Notes: generated from the letters alone by a model not told the origin. A DNA stretch of 64,000 nucleotides from Candidatus Poribacteria bacterium (GCA_963665235.2 CAXXLX010000001.1:672001-736000), one strand, 5' to 3'. Shown: positions 21,192 to 32,120, numbered from the stretch's first letter. Numbers and translations are program-made.

Positions 21192-22112
21192 TTGGAGAAA
21201 ATCATGGATACTATCAACGACTTCGATGCCAAACGCAGAAAGTATATGCCAACCTTTCCAATGGCAACGGGAAAACCGACCGTTTACATCGAAGGATACC
21301 CTTGTGAGGACGATGAACCTATGGGCGCAACCGCAATTCACATTGTGCAGATGGCTATACTCTTCGATCAGTTCATACGCTTTTACGAAAACGAACCGCA
21401 TGTATACATAGGGATGGACAACTTCGTCTACTACCGGAAAGGTACAGAGATAAGGTCCGTTGTCCCGGATATCTTCATTGTCTTTGGGGTGAGTAAGACC
21501 CCCCTCCGGGATAGTTTTTATACTTGGGAGGAAGGTGCGCCTCCTGTCGCCGTGTTTGAGTTTCTCTCTTATAGCACAGCGGATAGGGACCGTGAGGAGA
21601 AGCGTCACATCTATCTTTCCGATATGGGTGTTAAGGAATACTTCATCCATCAACCGGATTTGGTGCAACCTGCGGAGTTTCGTGGGTGGCATCGAACGGT
21701 TTCGGGTGCTATAGAGGAGCTCACGCCAAATGTGGATGGTGATTTGTTCAGTGAGTCGCTGAATCTTCTTTTGGGTTGGGAGGAGCGTTCTGATGGTATA
21801 AGGCTTTTACGAGCGTATCTTCCGGATGGCACTCCTCTAACGACTTCTCGGGAAGAAGCACGGCTCAGGATACGTGCGGAGGCAATAGCTGAAGAAGCAA
21901 AAGCAACGGCTGTAGAAGAAGCACGCCGCAGGCGAGACGCGGAAGCAACGGCTGTAGAAGAAGCACGCCGCAGGCGAGACGCGGAAGCAACGGCTGTAGA
22001 AGAAGCACGCCGCAGGCGAGACGCGGAAGCAACTGCCGAGGAAGAAGCACGCCGCAGGCAGGAACTTGAAGTTGAATTAGAAAAACTTCGAACACAACGC
22101 AATAATCCATAA
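21192..22112 (+). CDS. Uma2 (DUF820) PD-(D/E)XK family protein with coiled-coil repeat tail
   Basis: VPDIFIVFGV, VFEFLSYST, GVKEYF; 14-aa AEATAVEEARRRRD repeats. Confidence 0.88.
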   Translation: MEKIMDTINDFDAKRRKYMPTFPMATGKPTVYIEGYPCEDDEPMGATAIHIVQMAILFDQFIRFYENEPHVYIGMDNFVYYRKGTEIRSVVPDIFIVFGVSKTPLRDSFYTWEEGAPPVAVFEFLSYSTADRDREEKRHIYLSDMGVKEYFIHQPDLVQPAEFRGWHRTVSGAIEELTPNVDGDLFSESLNLLLGWEERSDGIRLLRAYLPDGTPLTTSREEARLRIRAEAIAEEAKATAVEEARRRRDAEATAVEEARRRRDAEATAVEEARRRRDAEATAEEEARRRQELEVELEKLRTQRNNP

Positions 22113-22205
22113 AGAGATGTGAAAACCTACCTCTATAAGTGTCAAATTGACACATAAGGGGTGAGGCGAGGAAAACCCAACAAACTAGCTACAGAGGCTA
22201 TTGAA

Positions 22206-23441
22206 ATGCCGCGAACCTTTAATCTCCCTCACTTTTATCAGAGTCCTATTATCTCCGTTGTCAAAAACGCGCGTCGCCAGATTGACGCTCGGAAACGGGA
22301 CCTTACGCCATCCATATTAGATTTCGGGCCCGTCCGTTTTAAAATTGCGCGCCACTTCGGATTCTGTTACGGCGTTGAAAATGCTGTTGAGATAGCGTAT
22401 CGTGCCCTTGCCGAGAATCCGGATAAGCGAATTTTCCTATTATCCGAAATTATTCACAATCCGCGCGTCAATGAAAACCTAAGGCACAACGGCGTGCAAT
22501 TTCTCTCCGATACGGCCGGCAAAGCGTTGCTCCCTTTCGATGTACTGACACCTGATGACGTTGTTATCGTGCCTGCGTTCGGCACAACGTTAGAGGTTGA
22601 AAAAGAACTCAACGCTCGGGGTGTTACGCTCTCCTCCTACAATACAACCTGCCCCTTCGTTGAAAAGGTCTGGAAGCGGAGCCAAGATATAGGAAAACAG
22701 AATTACACCGTCGTTGTCCACGGCAAGCGGTACCATGAGGAAACACGCGCCACCTTTTCTCATGCACAAGCGGAAGCCCCTGTCGTAGTCGTTCGCGATT
22801 TGGCAGAAGCGGAAAACCTCGCAAAGGTAATACGCGCCGAAGCGAATGCAGATTTCTTCTTTCAAAAATTCGTCGACCGGTACACCGAAGGATTCCATCC
22901 AGATATCCATCTCAAGCGAATCGGGGTTGTCAATCAGACCACAATGCTTGCAACAGAGACGCAAGCTATCGCCGATTTATTACGACAGGCTATTGTCGAA
23001 AGGTATGGGGAAGAAAATCTTTCCAAACATTTTGCGGACACAAAGGATACGCTCTGCTACGCTACAAAGGAGAATCAGGATGCAACGCTTGCACTTATTG
23101 CTGAAGGCGGAGATGTCGCTGTTGTCGTCGGCGGATACAACTCTTCTAACACCAGTCACCTTGTAGAACTTTGTGAACAGCAGCTACCGACCTATTTTAT
23201 CCGAGACGCTGAAGAATTGCTCTCTCCAACACAGATTCGACATCTAATGCTTGAGACAAAAGATGTACAAATCACAGAGGATTGGTTGCCAACTGAACAC
23301 TCCGATGGTAGCCCGGTTGACATTGTTTTGACAGCGGGGGCTTCCTGTCCAGATATTCTCCTAGATGAGGTGTTACGGAAAATTGTTGGATGGTTTTCGG
23401 GTACACGCTCAGTGGAAAATGTCCTTGCGCCGTATCAGTAG
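22206..23441 (+). CDS. ispH: 4-hydroxy-3-methylbut-2-enyl diphosphate reductase
   Basis: GFCYGVENA, IIHNP, TTCPFV, NQTT, TLCYAT, GGYNSSNT, TAGASCP. Confidence 0.95.
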   Translation: MPRTFNLPHFYQSPIISVVKNARRQIDARKRDLTPSILDFGPVRFKIARHFGFCYGVENAVEIAYRALAENPDKRIFLLSEIIHNPRVNENLRHNGVQFLSDTAGKALLPFDVLTPDDVVIVPAFGTTLEVEKELNARGVTLSSYNTTCPFVEKVWKRSQDIGKQNYTVVVHGKRYHEETRATFSHAQAEAPVVVVRDLAEAENLAKVIRAEANADFFFQKFVDRYTEGFHPDIHLKRIGVVNQTTMLATETQAIADLLRQAIVERYGEENLSKHFADTKDTLCYATKENQDATLALIAEGGDVAVVVGGYNSSNTSHLVELCEQQLPTYFIRDAEELLSPTQIRHLMLETKDVQITEDWLPTEHSDGSPVDIVLTAGASCPDILLDEVLRKIVGWFSGTRSVENVLAPYQ

Positions 23442-23488
23442 GATGTCCGCTTTGGCGATACCCTTAAGAATTTGGAGAGAACGTGCTT

Positions 23489-24172
23489 ATGAGTGACCAG
23501 TATAAATATGTTGGGAAAAACCTCACGCCTGGTATAGCTGAAGAGCTTATTCAGGAACTCTTTGCGGGACAGACTGTTCAAATACAGAAAATCATGCGGA
23601 CTGTGGATGAAACACATCTTGAGCGTGGTGGGCTGCCCTCGACAACTAAAGGTCATCCTCCTGTCAGGAATGCACTGTCAAAGATGAAACGGAAAGGACT
23701 TGCTGAAAATCCTAGGCATCGTTATTGGTCTATCCTTTCAAGCACTCAGAGTGACGACAGTGTAGATTCTGAACCTAACGATGTGAAACCTGAAAAAACC
23801 ATCGGTTCCGGTAAACAGTCAGTCTACCTCTACTATTACCCAACTTACCGACGTTTAGCAGAATCGCAGGGTGAAGTGGTATGGGCCTGCAAGATTGGCA
23901 AAGCTAGTTTTGATGCTATCCACAGAATCGGGACGCAAACACGGACAGCGTTACCAGAATACCCAAAGGTCGGTCTCATTATTAAAACAGACGCGCACGA
24001 CTTAATGGAAAGGACGATACAGAATATTCTGAAACTCCGAGGTAAGCAAAAGCGGGATGCACCGGGAACCGAATGGTTCATTACTTCCCCCAGTGAAGTT
24101 GAGCAGGTGTACGAAAAAATCTTAGGAATTCACAATAAAAAGGAGGATAATTATGTTCATCGTGACGGATGA
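23489..24172 (+). CDS. T5orf172/GIY-YIG-like domain protein with N-terminal HTH-like region
   Basis: VYLYYY...CKIG...RI..Q..T..PE...E..I...GTEWF. Confidence 0.7.
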   Translation: MSDQYKYVGKNLTPGIAEELIQELFAGQTVQIQKIMRTVDETHLERGGLPSTTKGHPPVRNALSKMKRKGLAENPRHRYWSILSSTQSDDSVDSEPNDVKPEKTIGSGKQSVYLYYYPTYRRLAESQGEVVWACKIGKASFDAIHRIGTQTRTALPEYPKVGLIIKTDAHDLMERTIQNILKLRGKQKRDAPGTEWFITSPSEVEQVYEKILGIHNKKEDNYVHRDG

Positions 24173-24374
24173 CTTGGAAATTATAAACTTCAATCACTAC
24201 CAAAAATTAGCGGTGGCAGGCGAAGGCCCCAGTCAAATCGTCCTAACAGCGCAGGATGGTTCCGAGCGCGTCATCGCTGAATTTGCTGAGTTTGACGAGG
24301 CATACAATCGCTTTGCGGACATCCGAGATGCTCTCACAGCAGGAGAGACGTGCTATAGTCTAGAAGAATACTAA
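24153..24374 (+). CDS. hypothetical protein
   Basis: AGGAGG RBS; 73 aa; coupled to the next gene (TAATG). Confidence 0.65.
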   Translation: MFIVTDDLEIINFNHYQKLAVAGEGPSQIVLTAQDGSERVIAEFAEFDEAYNRFADIRDALTAGETCYSLEEY

Positions 24375-25477
24375 TGAAAGTTCGCACTATTAACGCTTAT
24401 CAAGTTGACCTTCCACTTTACGAAGGCAGCTATAACTGGTCCGGTGGTAAATCTGTATCTGTTTTTGACAGCACTATAGTCGCTGTTGAAACGGATCAAG
24501 GTATTACTGGTTATGGTGAGGTGTGCCCGCTAGGCCCGTTCTATCTGCCCGCCTACGCTGAAGGCACTCGCACCGGCATTGCGGAACTTGCGCCGCACCT
24601 CATCGGTGAAGACCCGACACAACTGCTCCCACTTAATCAACGCATGGATATTGCACTCAAGGGGCATCCCTACGTGAAATCCGCAATTGACATCGCGTGT
24701 TGGGATATTATAGGCAAAGTTTCAGAGCAATCTGTGTGTACCCTGCTCGGCGGCAGATATGGTCCAGATTTTATGCTCTACCGGGCAATTTCTCAGCAAT
24801 CTCCCGATGAGATGGCAGAAAAGGTCGCTACGTATCGCGCGGAGGGGTATCGTAAATTCCAATTGAAAGTCGGCGGTGACCCAAATACGGATATTGAACG
24901 TATCCACGCTGTTGCCGAATTGATGCAGCCTGGAGACGTGCTCATTGCGGATGCAAATACTGGATGGTTGATGCACCAAGCGACCCGCGTTGTCCGAGGC
25001 GTGCACAATGTAGATGTCTATATTGAGCAGCCCTGCCTCTCATACCAAGAATGCCTCGCCATCCGAGAACGGACAAACCACCCCTTTGTTCTTGATGAGA
25101 CAATTGATAGCATCCACACGTTGCTACGCGGCCATGCCGACCGAGCGATGGATGTTGTCAATATTAAAATCAGCAAATTTGGGGGGTTGACGAAAGCGAA
25201 ACTTGCAAGAGACCTCTGCGTTGAACTCGGCATAGCGATGACAATTGAAGACAGCTGGGGAGGGGATATCACAACCGCTGCGATTGCCCATCTCGCCCAT
25301 AGCACCCCGCCAGAATTTCTTTTCACAGCAACCGATTTCAACAGCTATGTGACTGTCAGCACCGCGGAGGGCGCGCCGCAACGGGTCAACGGTAAAATGG
25401 CAGCTGCAACGCAACCGGGGCTCGGAATCATACCGAATATGGATGTGTTGGGTGAAGCAGTAGTTCGCGTGGAGTGA
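24374..25477 (+). CDS. enolase-superfamily enzyme, cis-3-hydroxy-L-proline dehydratase-like
   Basis: VDLPL.EG.Y.WSGG..V.VFDST, EVCPLG..YLP.YA, QLKVG, DAN, EQP, DE, EDSWGG. Confidence 0.75.
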   Translation: MKVRTINAYQVDLPLYEGSYNWSGGKSVSVFDSTIVAVETDQGITGYGEVCPLGPFYLPAYAEGTRTGIAELAPHLIGEDPTQLLPLNQRMDIALKGHPYVKSAIDIACWDIIGKVSEQSVCTLLGGRYGPDFMLYRAISQQSPDEMAEKVATYRAEGYRKFQLKVGGDPNTDIERIHAVAELMQPGDVLIADANTGWLMHQATRVVRGVHNVDVYIEQPCLSYQECLAIRERTNHPFVLDETIDSIHTLLRGHADRAMDVVNIKISKFGGLTKAKLARDLCVELGIAMTIEDSWGGDITTAAIAHLAHSTPPEFLFTATDFNSYVTVSTAEGAPQRVNGKMAAATQPGLGIIPNMDVLGEAVVRVE

Positions 25478-25481
25478 TAGC

Positions 25482-26447
25482 ATGCCCATTAGAATCCTAT
25501 CCGCATCTGATGTCCGTGCAGCCTTACCGATGCCTAAAGCCATAGATGCGATGCGGCACGCCTACGGGCAGCTGTCCGCAGGCAAGGCGACAGCACCCCC
25601 ACGACAACATATCGCCACCGACAAAGGCGTTACGCTCTTCATGCCCGCCTATCTGCATCAGAGCGGCGAGCTAGGCATTAAAGTGGTCTCGGTTTATGAC
25701 GATAATCCGAACCACAACCTGCCCCGCATCACCGCAACGGTTTTAGTCCTGGACCCCGCCACAGGTGTCCCGAAAGCGTTCATGGACGGTAGCAGTCTCA
25801 CCGCTATCCGGACAGGTGCAGGGGGCGGTTTAGCTGCAGACCTACTCGCTCGCCAGAACGCAAAAACGGTTGGTCTCTTCGGCGCAGGCGTGCAAGCAAG
25901 AGCACAGTTGCAGGCGGTCAGGGTGGTGAGAAACATTACGCAGGTCAATCTCATCAGTCGGACAGCAGCTTCGGCACAACAGCTCGCCGCCGAGATTTCG
26001 GGCTGGCAAGAGGCACCTCAAGTCAATATCGTCCCCACACCGCGTGAGGTAGTAGCAGATGCTGATATTGTTTTATGTGCAACGACATCGGCAACGCCAC
26101 TTTTCAATGGCAACACGCTAAAAGCGGGAACACACATCACAGCCGTTGGAACGTTTGTACCTGAAAAACGGGAAGTTGATACCACAACAATCAGACGCGC
26201 GAACCGAATTGTCGTAGATTCTCGGGAAGCCTGCTTAGAGGAAGCGGGTGACCTAATCATTCCGAACGCGCACATCCATGCTGAAATAGGTGAAATCGTC
26301 AACGGCAGCAAACAGGGGCGACAGGCTGATGACGAAATCACGTTTTTCAAATCGGTAGGTGTATCGGTGCAAGATGCAGTCGCTGCATCAGCAGTACTGA
26401 CAGAAGCGGAGGCAAAAGGATTGGGCACCCTCATTGAAATCGGATGA
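25482..26447 (+). CDS. ornithine cyclodeaminase/mu-crystallin family (possible pyrroline-2-carboxylate reductase)
   Basis: LTAIRTGA, GAGVQA, FKSVGVSVQD. Confidence 0.88.
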   Translation: MPIRILSASDVRAALPMPKAIDAMRHAYGQLSAGKATAPPRQHIATDKGVTLFMPAYLHQSGELGIKVVSVYDDNPNHNLPRITATVLVLDPATGVPKAFMDGSSLTAIRTGAGGGLAADLLARQNAKTVGLFGAGVQARAQLQAVRVVRNITQVNLISRTAASAQQLAAEISGWQEAPQVNIVPTPREVVADADIVLCATTSATPLFNGNTLKAGTHITAVGTFVPEKREVDTTTIRRANRIVVDSREACLEEAGDLIIPNAHIHAEIGEIVNGSKQGRQADDEITFFKSVGVSVQDAVAASAVLTEAEAKGLGTLIEIG

Positions 26448-26454
26448 CGAGAAT

Positions 26455-27171
26455 TTATTGGCGGTGTTCACTAACCTTACGCATCGCTGGCAAATGCCAC
26501 CACGGAACGCCCGGATACTCGTGATGTTCCCAATGATACCCAAAGTGATAACAGGTAATAAATGACCAGAAGGTCGAATATGCATTGCTCTGAGCACAGT
26601 GCGGGTTGTCATATCCACCCGCTGGCGTTCGGTGCGGCAGATATGTCCCAAAATAAAAAAGTTGTAACGTACTAAGCAATGCCGGAGAAACCCAAAATAG
26701 GAGCAGGTTGAGAGTAGGGATGTCCAAAACGTACTCCATAATCTGAAAGACAACTGCCATGCCGACGAGCTGCTTCCAACTGAGGTATTCCTTCATAAAA
26801 CGGAGATACCACGCCAAGAAACCACTGTGTTCTCCATCGTGAAAATCCGGATCGGTTCCGCTGGCAGGTGTTCTGTGGTGCGCCCAATGCTTCTCTAATA
26901 ATTTGCGATATGAAAACAACGCATATAATCTGACAGTGATTGTACCGATTACATTGTTGAGGCGTGGATATGTCGGACACACCGACCCGTGCATGGCATC
27001 GTGCGCTGTGATGAACAGACCGGTATAGAGAAATATCTGCCAAAGTATGCCCAATGGGATTAGCACAATGCCAATTTGAACGACATCGAGTGTAAGGAAA
27101 ATTGAGAGACTCAATCCCCACAGACCGATAATCGCTAACGCAATGAATAAACCCTTGTTTGTCGATTTCAT
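26455..27171 (-). CDS. crtW: beta-carotene ketolase
   Basis: TGLFITAHDAMHG, KHWAHH, DPDFH, QLFYFGTYLPH, CYHFGYHWEHH. Confidence 0.92.
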   Translation of the reverse strand: MKSTNKGLFIALAIIGLWGLSLSIFLTLDVVQIGIVLIPLGILWQIFLYTGLFITAHDAMHGSVCPTYPRLNNVIGTITVRLYALFSYRKLLEKHWAHHRTPASGTDPDFHDGEHSGFLAWYLRFMKEYLSWKQLVGMAVVFQIMEYVLDIPTLNLLLFWVSPALLSTLQLFYFGTYLPHRTPAGGYDNPHCAQSNAYSTFWSFITCYHFGYHWEHHEYPGVPWWHLPAMRKVSEHRQ

Positions 27172-29000
27172 AGGCACTTCAAATCCACGAGTCCAAAATA
27201 AATGAGTTGTGCAAAATAGAAATGAAACGCAATTCTAGGCAGGGGTACCAAACCTTTACTGGGAAGGGACGGTTGGGAAAACAGGCCCAATTTTATACCG
27301 AGCATCGCAAAAACGAAACTCAATCCGAACCACGCCAGATAGTTTTGCAGCGGAATACGGTTATCTGCCCATACCCAATAGTCTAATATTCCCGCCGCGG
27401 GTTCCATAAACAGGTCGAAACAGACCATTAACGATGCCACACACAACGCCAATTTGATGCAACTCGTAACTATTGATTTCGGTGCGATTCTTTGAACAAC
27501 AGCAACCGAGGCAACAAGCATTACAAACCAAGCACACCCAATACAGATGGGGATACCATCAATCGACGGACGCAGTGTCTCCCTGTAGGTATACGCGCCG
27601 AAAATTTGACCTGTCCGAACACCGAGCCATTCAATTCCGAAACTCCCTATAACAACGCATACACTCCAGAGAACAAATTTCCATCTTTCTTCTTGTGGGC
27701 AGCTCCGCCAGCATTCCCAAAACAGCCAAACCGCTAAACCAAACATCATGGGCGCAGCGAGGCTTCGCATGACTCCTTGAAAAACACCGAGTACATGCCA
27801 CAACCCCCCTGCTCCTAAAAGTAGATAAAGCACGCCTATCTTTAGTAGGGGTTGGGTTACCCAACCCCTACCGTTTACCTGCATGTCAATTTGCCGCCCT
27901 TTCCACTCCAAGCGACCCCGTTTGACTTGATAGAATGAATTGATGCCAATCAACAGAGTTGCCAAAACACCCAGCGGATGCAAAACCACACTTGTAAAGA
28001 AGGGGTGTTTGTATTTAAGTGCCAGTACAGCCCGCATAACCATGTTCATAAGGATAGCAACGAGCGATAGCTTCGTAAATGCCGAGAACCAGACAGTGAT
28101 ATAAGGGAGGACGCACATTGTAAACAGGATAAGCACTAGAACAAAAAATGGGAGTGTTTTGTAGCGGACCAGCCCAAAAAGGTTTTTGGAAAATCCACTC
28201 CATACCTCACTAAACGAATGATACATTCTACAACGTACCACACGGGTGCCAGCCGAGGTTAATATTCGGATACCTCTCTTTTTTGCCAATCGGCTTAGTT
28301 CAACGTCCTCAACAATTTGATTTGATACGGCTTGATGTCCATCAATCTGTTGATATGCCTCGCGGGTAAATGCCATCCATAAACCGCTCGCGGCGGCAAG
28401 CGATGGAAAACGACTGAAATATGTCAGCCATAACGGAAGCCCGGCATAAACGAACATGTCAATCACCGGTACCACCAATTTTTCGGCTAAAGTGCCTGTC
28501 ACTTTCTCTGGAAACGCCGACAACAACCCAAGTTCAAATTTCTGCATGTAGGCGACAGTATTCGCAATCGCGTCCGGTGCAGGTTGGTTATCCGCATCGG
28601 TGAAAATGAGTATATCCCCATCTGCCTGCTGGCTGAGTTGATGGCACGCCCAATTTTTCCCTAACCATCCAGCGGGTAATGGTTTACCACGGACCGCCTG
28701 AACTTCAGGATACTTTTCGCTGAACTTTTCAATGATTGTGCCCGTGCCATCTGTTGACTGATCATCAAGTACGCGAATCTCAAAATTATCGTAGTTTTGA
28801 GCCAGGAATCCTTCAATGCAAGCACCGATATTGGTTTCCTCGTTTCGGGCAGGAATCAGCACCGAAATGCGTGGACGGTCCCGGCACTCGCCTGCTTTTT
28901 TCAGCATCGGTGCCGTCGCAGCGTTGAACAGTGTAACCGTCAAAATAACCCCTAGCAACCCGATGGCGATAAACATCAATACAAACACTATTATTACCAA
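27168..29000 (-). CDS. GT2 carotenoid glycosyltransferase fused to a CruF-type carotenoid 1',2'-hydratase
   Basis: N-half IPARNEE, GWLGKNWAC, FTDAD, VEDVEL; C-half EWLGVRTGQIFGAYTY, DLFMEP, IPLQNYLAWF. Confidence 0.85.
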   Translation of the reverse strand: MVIIVFVLMFIAIGLLGVILTVTLFNAATAPMLKKAGECRDRPRISVLIPARNEETNIGACIEGFLAQNYDNFEIRVLDDQSTDGTGTIIEKFSEKYPEVQAVRGKPLPAGWLGKNWACHQLSQQADGDILIFTDADNQPAPDAIANTVAYMQKFELGLLSAFPEKVTGTLAEKLVVPVIDMFVYAGLPLWLTYFSRFPSLAAASGLWMAFTREAYQQIDGHQAVSNQIVEDVELSRLAKKRGIRILTSAGTRVVRCRMYHSFSEVWSGFSKNLFGLVRYKTLPFFVLVLILFTMCVLPYITVWFSAFTKLSLVAILMNMVMRAVLALKYKHPFFTSVVLHPLGVLATLLIGINSFYQVKRGRLEWKGRQIDMQVNGRGWVTQPLLKIGVLYLLLGAGGLWHVLGVFQGVMRSLAAPMMFGLAVWLFWECWRSCPQEERWKFVLWSVCVVIGSFGIEWLGVRTGQIFGAYTYRETLRPSIDGIPICIGCAWFVMLVASVAVVQRIAPKSIVTSCIKLALCVASLMVCFDLFMEPAAGILDYWVWADNRIPLQNYLAWFGLSFVFAMLGIKLGLFSQPSLPSKGLVPLPRIAFHFYFAQLIYFGLVDLKCL

Positions 29001-29003
29001 CCC

Positions 29004-29660
29004 CTAAAGCAAATTCTGCCCTTTTTCTTCACTAAGTATTCGCAACGTCAAATCATCCAGCAAATCCATCTCAGTTTTTTCGAGCCAGTCCATCCCATGA
29101 AACGTATTCATGTCGAACGAATGTACCTCCCCAAAAAGGAAAAACACCTCAGGACGTTTTTCGCCCAGAAACTCGGTACGAATTGCCAAAGGAAGCACAG
29201 TAACGGGTTTTCCATATTCCCGTAAAATCCATTCAACACCGCGCTTATAGTCAAGCGGACGTGTATGCCACGGCACTAATTGGCCTTGCGGAAAAATCGT
29301 GACCAGCGGTGTTCCTTGATGCAGCAGCTCGACGGTGTATTCCAGTGATTCAAGGATACCTTGCCGATGCTTCGGTTCGATCGAATAGGCTCCTATTTTC
29401 GCAAAAAACCTATATTTAGAGAGTTGCTCCTCCAGCATCATCAGATAGGCAGTTCGCCGAAAAATCCGTTTGTTGAGCAGATAAACGAAAAATCCATCCC
29501 ACCAGGTACTGTGGTTAGGCAGCAACAGCAATGGCAGATGAGATGGAATTTCCGGCAGTGCGCCCAAAAGGTGGATTGCGTGAAAATGCCGCTTGAACGT
29601 CCACGTAAGATACGGTTGAAAAATGAGGTCTGCCCAAAGGCGATGCTGTGCACGAATCAT
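29004..29660 (-). CDS. PlsC-type acyltransferase (carotenoid glycoside acyltransferase candidate)
   Basis: NHSTWWD, IFPQG; position in the crt operon. Confidence 0.85.
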   Translation of the reverse strand: MIRAQHRLWADLIFQPYLTWTFKRHFHAIHLLGALPEIPSHLPLLLLPNHSTWWDGFFVYLLNKRIFRRTAYLMMLEEQLSKYRFFAKIGAYSIEPKHRQGILESLEYTVELLHQGTPLVTIFPQGQLVPWHTRPLDYKRGVEWILREYGKPVTVLPLAIRTEFLGEKRPEVFFLFGEVHSFDMNTFHGMDWLEKTEMDLLDDLTLRILSEEKGQNLL

Positions 29661-30586
29661 TTATGTGTTATTCCGGAGTGCGCTGAGAATAGTTTCTCCT
29701 GCGCCGATAGAACTTTCGTCCGGAGACCCTCGTGTAGTAAAATTTTTATTTTCTGGATTGATGGCACAAAGACCCGACTTAGAAACGGGTTGTAGTCACA
29801 CTCTTCTATTTTTCTTAAGATACCACGGTAAATTTTAGCTGCTGAATAGATTGCATATTGCGATTCCGTTTTCAGTAACGGGATACCGGGCATCGCTTCA
29901 GTATAGTATCCATCAGCACGTTCAACTTGGAACTTCATAAGTGCCCGCAATTGCGGTGTCATTTTCTCGTTGAAGATATCTTGTTCCGTTACGCCGAACT
30001 CTGCCAAATCTGTTTGTGGTATATAGAGGCGTCCCATCTCTTTGTCCTCTTTTACATCCCGCAGAATATTGGTCAGTTGCATAGCGATACCGAGTTGCTT
30101 TGCGTAATCGAAGGCGCGTTCGTCCTTATAGCCGAGGACAGATGTCATCATCAGACCCACAACGGCAGCAACGCGATAACAGAAAAGCGAGAGTTCATCG
30201 AATGTTTTATACCGCGTCTGCTGGACATCCATGGTAACGCCTTTGAGCAGATCAAGGGGATAGGCAATCGGAATGCCGTACGCCTTGGCAACGAGAATAA
30301 ACGCACGAATAATTGGATGTTGAGATTCACCTGTATTGTAAGCGACTTGTAGTTCTTCTGTCAAGAGTTGAATCTCTCTGAGGATTTCTGCTTCAGTCCG
30401 TTGCCGCGGCGTATCAATCAGATTGTCGCAGTGTCGACAGAAACCGTATAGCGCGTAAGTCGCCCAACGCTGTTCTCTGGGCAGCATCCTTGCTGAGAGA
30501 TAAAAACTTTTTGAATAGTGGGAGGTTACCCTGCGAGCATACTCAAATGCATCTCGATTCTCTGCTGCTTTCCATAATTTCTTCAT
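29657..30586 (-). CDS. crtB: phytoene synthase
   Basis: SKSFY, YGFCRHCDNLID, CYRVA, LGIAMQLTNILRDV.ED. Confidence 0.95.
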   Translation of the reverse strand: MKKLWKAAENRDAFEYARRVTSHYSKSFYLSARMLPREQRWATYALYGFCRHCDNLIDTPRQRTEAEILREIQLLTEELQVAYNTGESQHPIIRAFILVAKAYGIPIAYPLDLLKGVTMDVQQTRYKTFDELSLFCYRVAAVVGLMMTSVLGYKDERAFDYAKQLGIAMQLTNILRDVKEDKEMGRLYIPQTDLAEFGVTEQDIFNEKMTPQLRALMKFQVERADGYYTEAMPGIPLLKTESQYAIYSAAKIYRGILRKIEECDYNPFLSRVFVPSIQKIKILLHEGLRTKVLSAQEKLFSAHSGITHK

Positions 30587-32109
30587 GATAAATCCTCCCC
30601 CATCAAATCCTTGGTGACAAGCTTTACCGTCGTTTCTGCTGTCAGCAGCACCCCCGGTACGCCTGCCCCCGGATGTGTATTTGCCCCGACGAAGTATAGT
30701 CTTTGTATATCTTCACTTCGGTTATGCGGTCGAAAATACGCTGTCTGTGTCAGTTTTGGCTCAACGCCCCATGGGCTACCGAGATGGTTGTTCCGTTCAC
30801 GTCTAAAATCCGAAGGTGTGAATGTTTCAAGGACTTCAATTGAATGTTTTAAGTCTGTCAGTCCAAAGTCGTCTTCCAGGAACGTCAGCACTCTGTCCGT
30901 ATACGCTGCCTTCGTTTTCTCCCAGTTGACACCGCTCTCCAAATTCGGCACCGGAATTAGGACGTACATACTCTCACACCCCACCGGTGCCATTGATGCA
31001 TCGGTTTGGGATGGAATATGGAGATACATTGAAAAATCGTCTGGAAGCACCTTATTGTCGAAAATATCATCTATTAACCCTTTATATCTCTCAGAGAGGA
31101 TGAGCGTATGATGCTTTAGTTGCGGATATTTTTTACGAACGCCGAGATAGAGTAGAAATGCGCTCATCGAATAGTGCGTTTTTCTGAGTTTCTTGTCGGA
31201 CCATTTCCTACGATGTTCGAGATTAATAAGTTCGCCGTAGGTGTGTGCCAGATCGGCGTTGGAAATAACGCCATCTGCCTCGTAAAATTTTAACCCAGAA
31301 CGCGGGTTTCCGTTATCATGTATATCCGATGCAAAAACCCCCTTTGCACACCGATTTTCAACGACGAGCTGTTCAACTTCCGTATCGGTTTCGACGACAC
31401 CGCCGAGTTGCTTGAACACATCTTCTAACGCGCGCACGAGGTTATACATGCCCCCCTTGCAGAACCAGACTCCGCTAGTCTTTTCAAGATAGGGAATCAT
31501 GAGGTAAACCGCCGGTGCTCGGAACGGATTGCCCCCGATAAACAGCGGATGAAATGAGAAGGTGAAACGGTGGCGTGGGTCGTCGAAATACCTTCTAACG
31601 AAGTCGTAAGCGGGCATCAATGCCTGAAGTCGTAAAGCACGCGGCAGAAAGCGGAGCATCGTCTGCAAATCAAAAGCCGTTGCACCTAATCCATCTGTGA
31701 TGACAGCGTCGTAGAGTTGACGCGTGTGTGCCATGAAGCGAGCATAGTTATCAGCATCCTTTGCACTGAATCTCGCCATCTGTCGTTTCATCTGTTCGCC
31801 ATTGTCCGTGTAATCGAGAGATGAACCGTCATGAAAGTAGATACGATAAAATGGGTCGAGTTTTACCAAATCAAGGTAATCTTCCATCCGCATGCCAGCA
31901 CATTCAAATACACGTTGAATCAGGTCAGGTGCGGTGATAATTGAGGGGCCCATATCGAAAGTGTAGCCGTTCTTAACGAGTTGATAGGCCTGTCCCCCAA
32001 CTTTCGAATTCTTCTCCAGAAGTGTGACTTGCATGCCTTTCGCTTGCAGTCGAATTGCTGCTGCGAGTCCGCCAAAACCTGAACCGATGATGACAATTTT
32101 CTTTTTCAT
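30583..32109 (-). CDS. crtI: phytoene desaturase
   Basis: GSGFGG, FDMGPS, FSFHPLFIGGNPF, GANTHPGAGVPGV. Confidence 0.92.
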   Translation of the reverse strand: MKKKIVIIGSGFGGLAAAIRLQAKGMQVTLLEKNSKVGGQAYQLVKNGYTFDMGPSIITAPDLIQRVFECAGMRMEDYLDLVKLDPFYRIYFHDGSSLDYTDNGEQMKRQMARFSAKDADNYARFMAHTRQLYDAVITDGLGATAFDLQTMLRFLPRALRLQALMPAYDFVRRYFDDPRHRFTFSFHPLFIGGNPFRAPAVYLMIPYLEKTSGVWFCKGGMYNLVRALEDVFKQLGGVVETDTEVEQLVVENRCAKGVFASDIHDNGNPRSGLKFYEADGVISNADLAHTYGELINLEHRRKWSDKKLRKTHYSMSAFLLYLGVRKKYPQLKHHTLILSERYKGLIDDIFDNKVLPDDFSMYLHIPSQTDASMAPVGCESMYVLIPVPNLESGVNWEKTKAAYTDRVLTFLEDDFGLTDLKHSIEVLETFTPSDFRRERNNHLGSPWGVEPKLTQTAYFRPHNRSEDIQRLYFVGANTHPGAGVPGVLLTAETTVKLVTKDLMGEDLS

Positions 32110-32120
32110 ATCTCTTCCCT

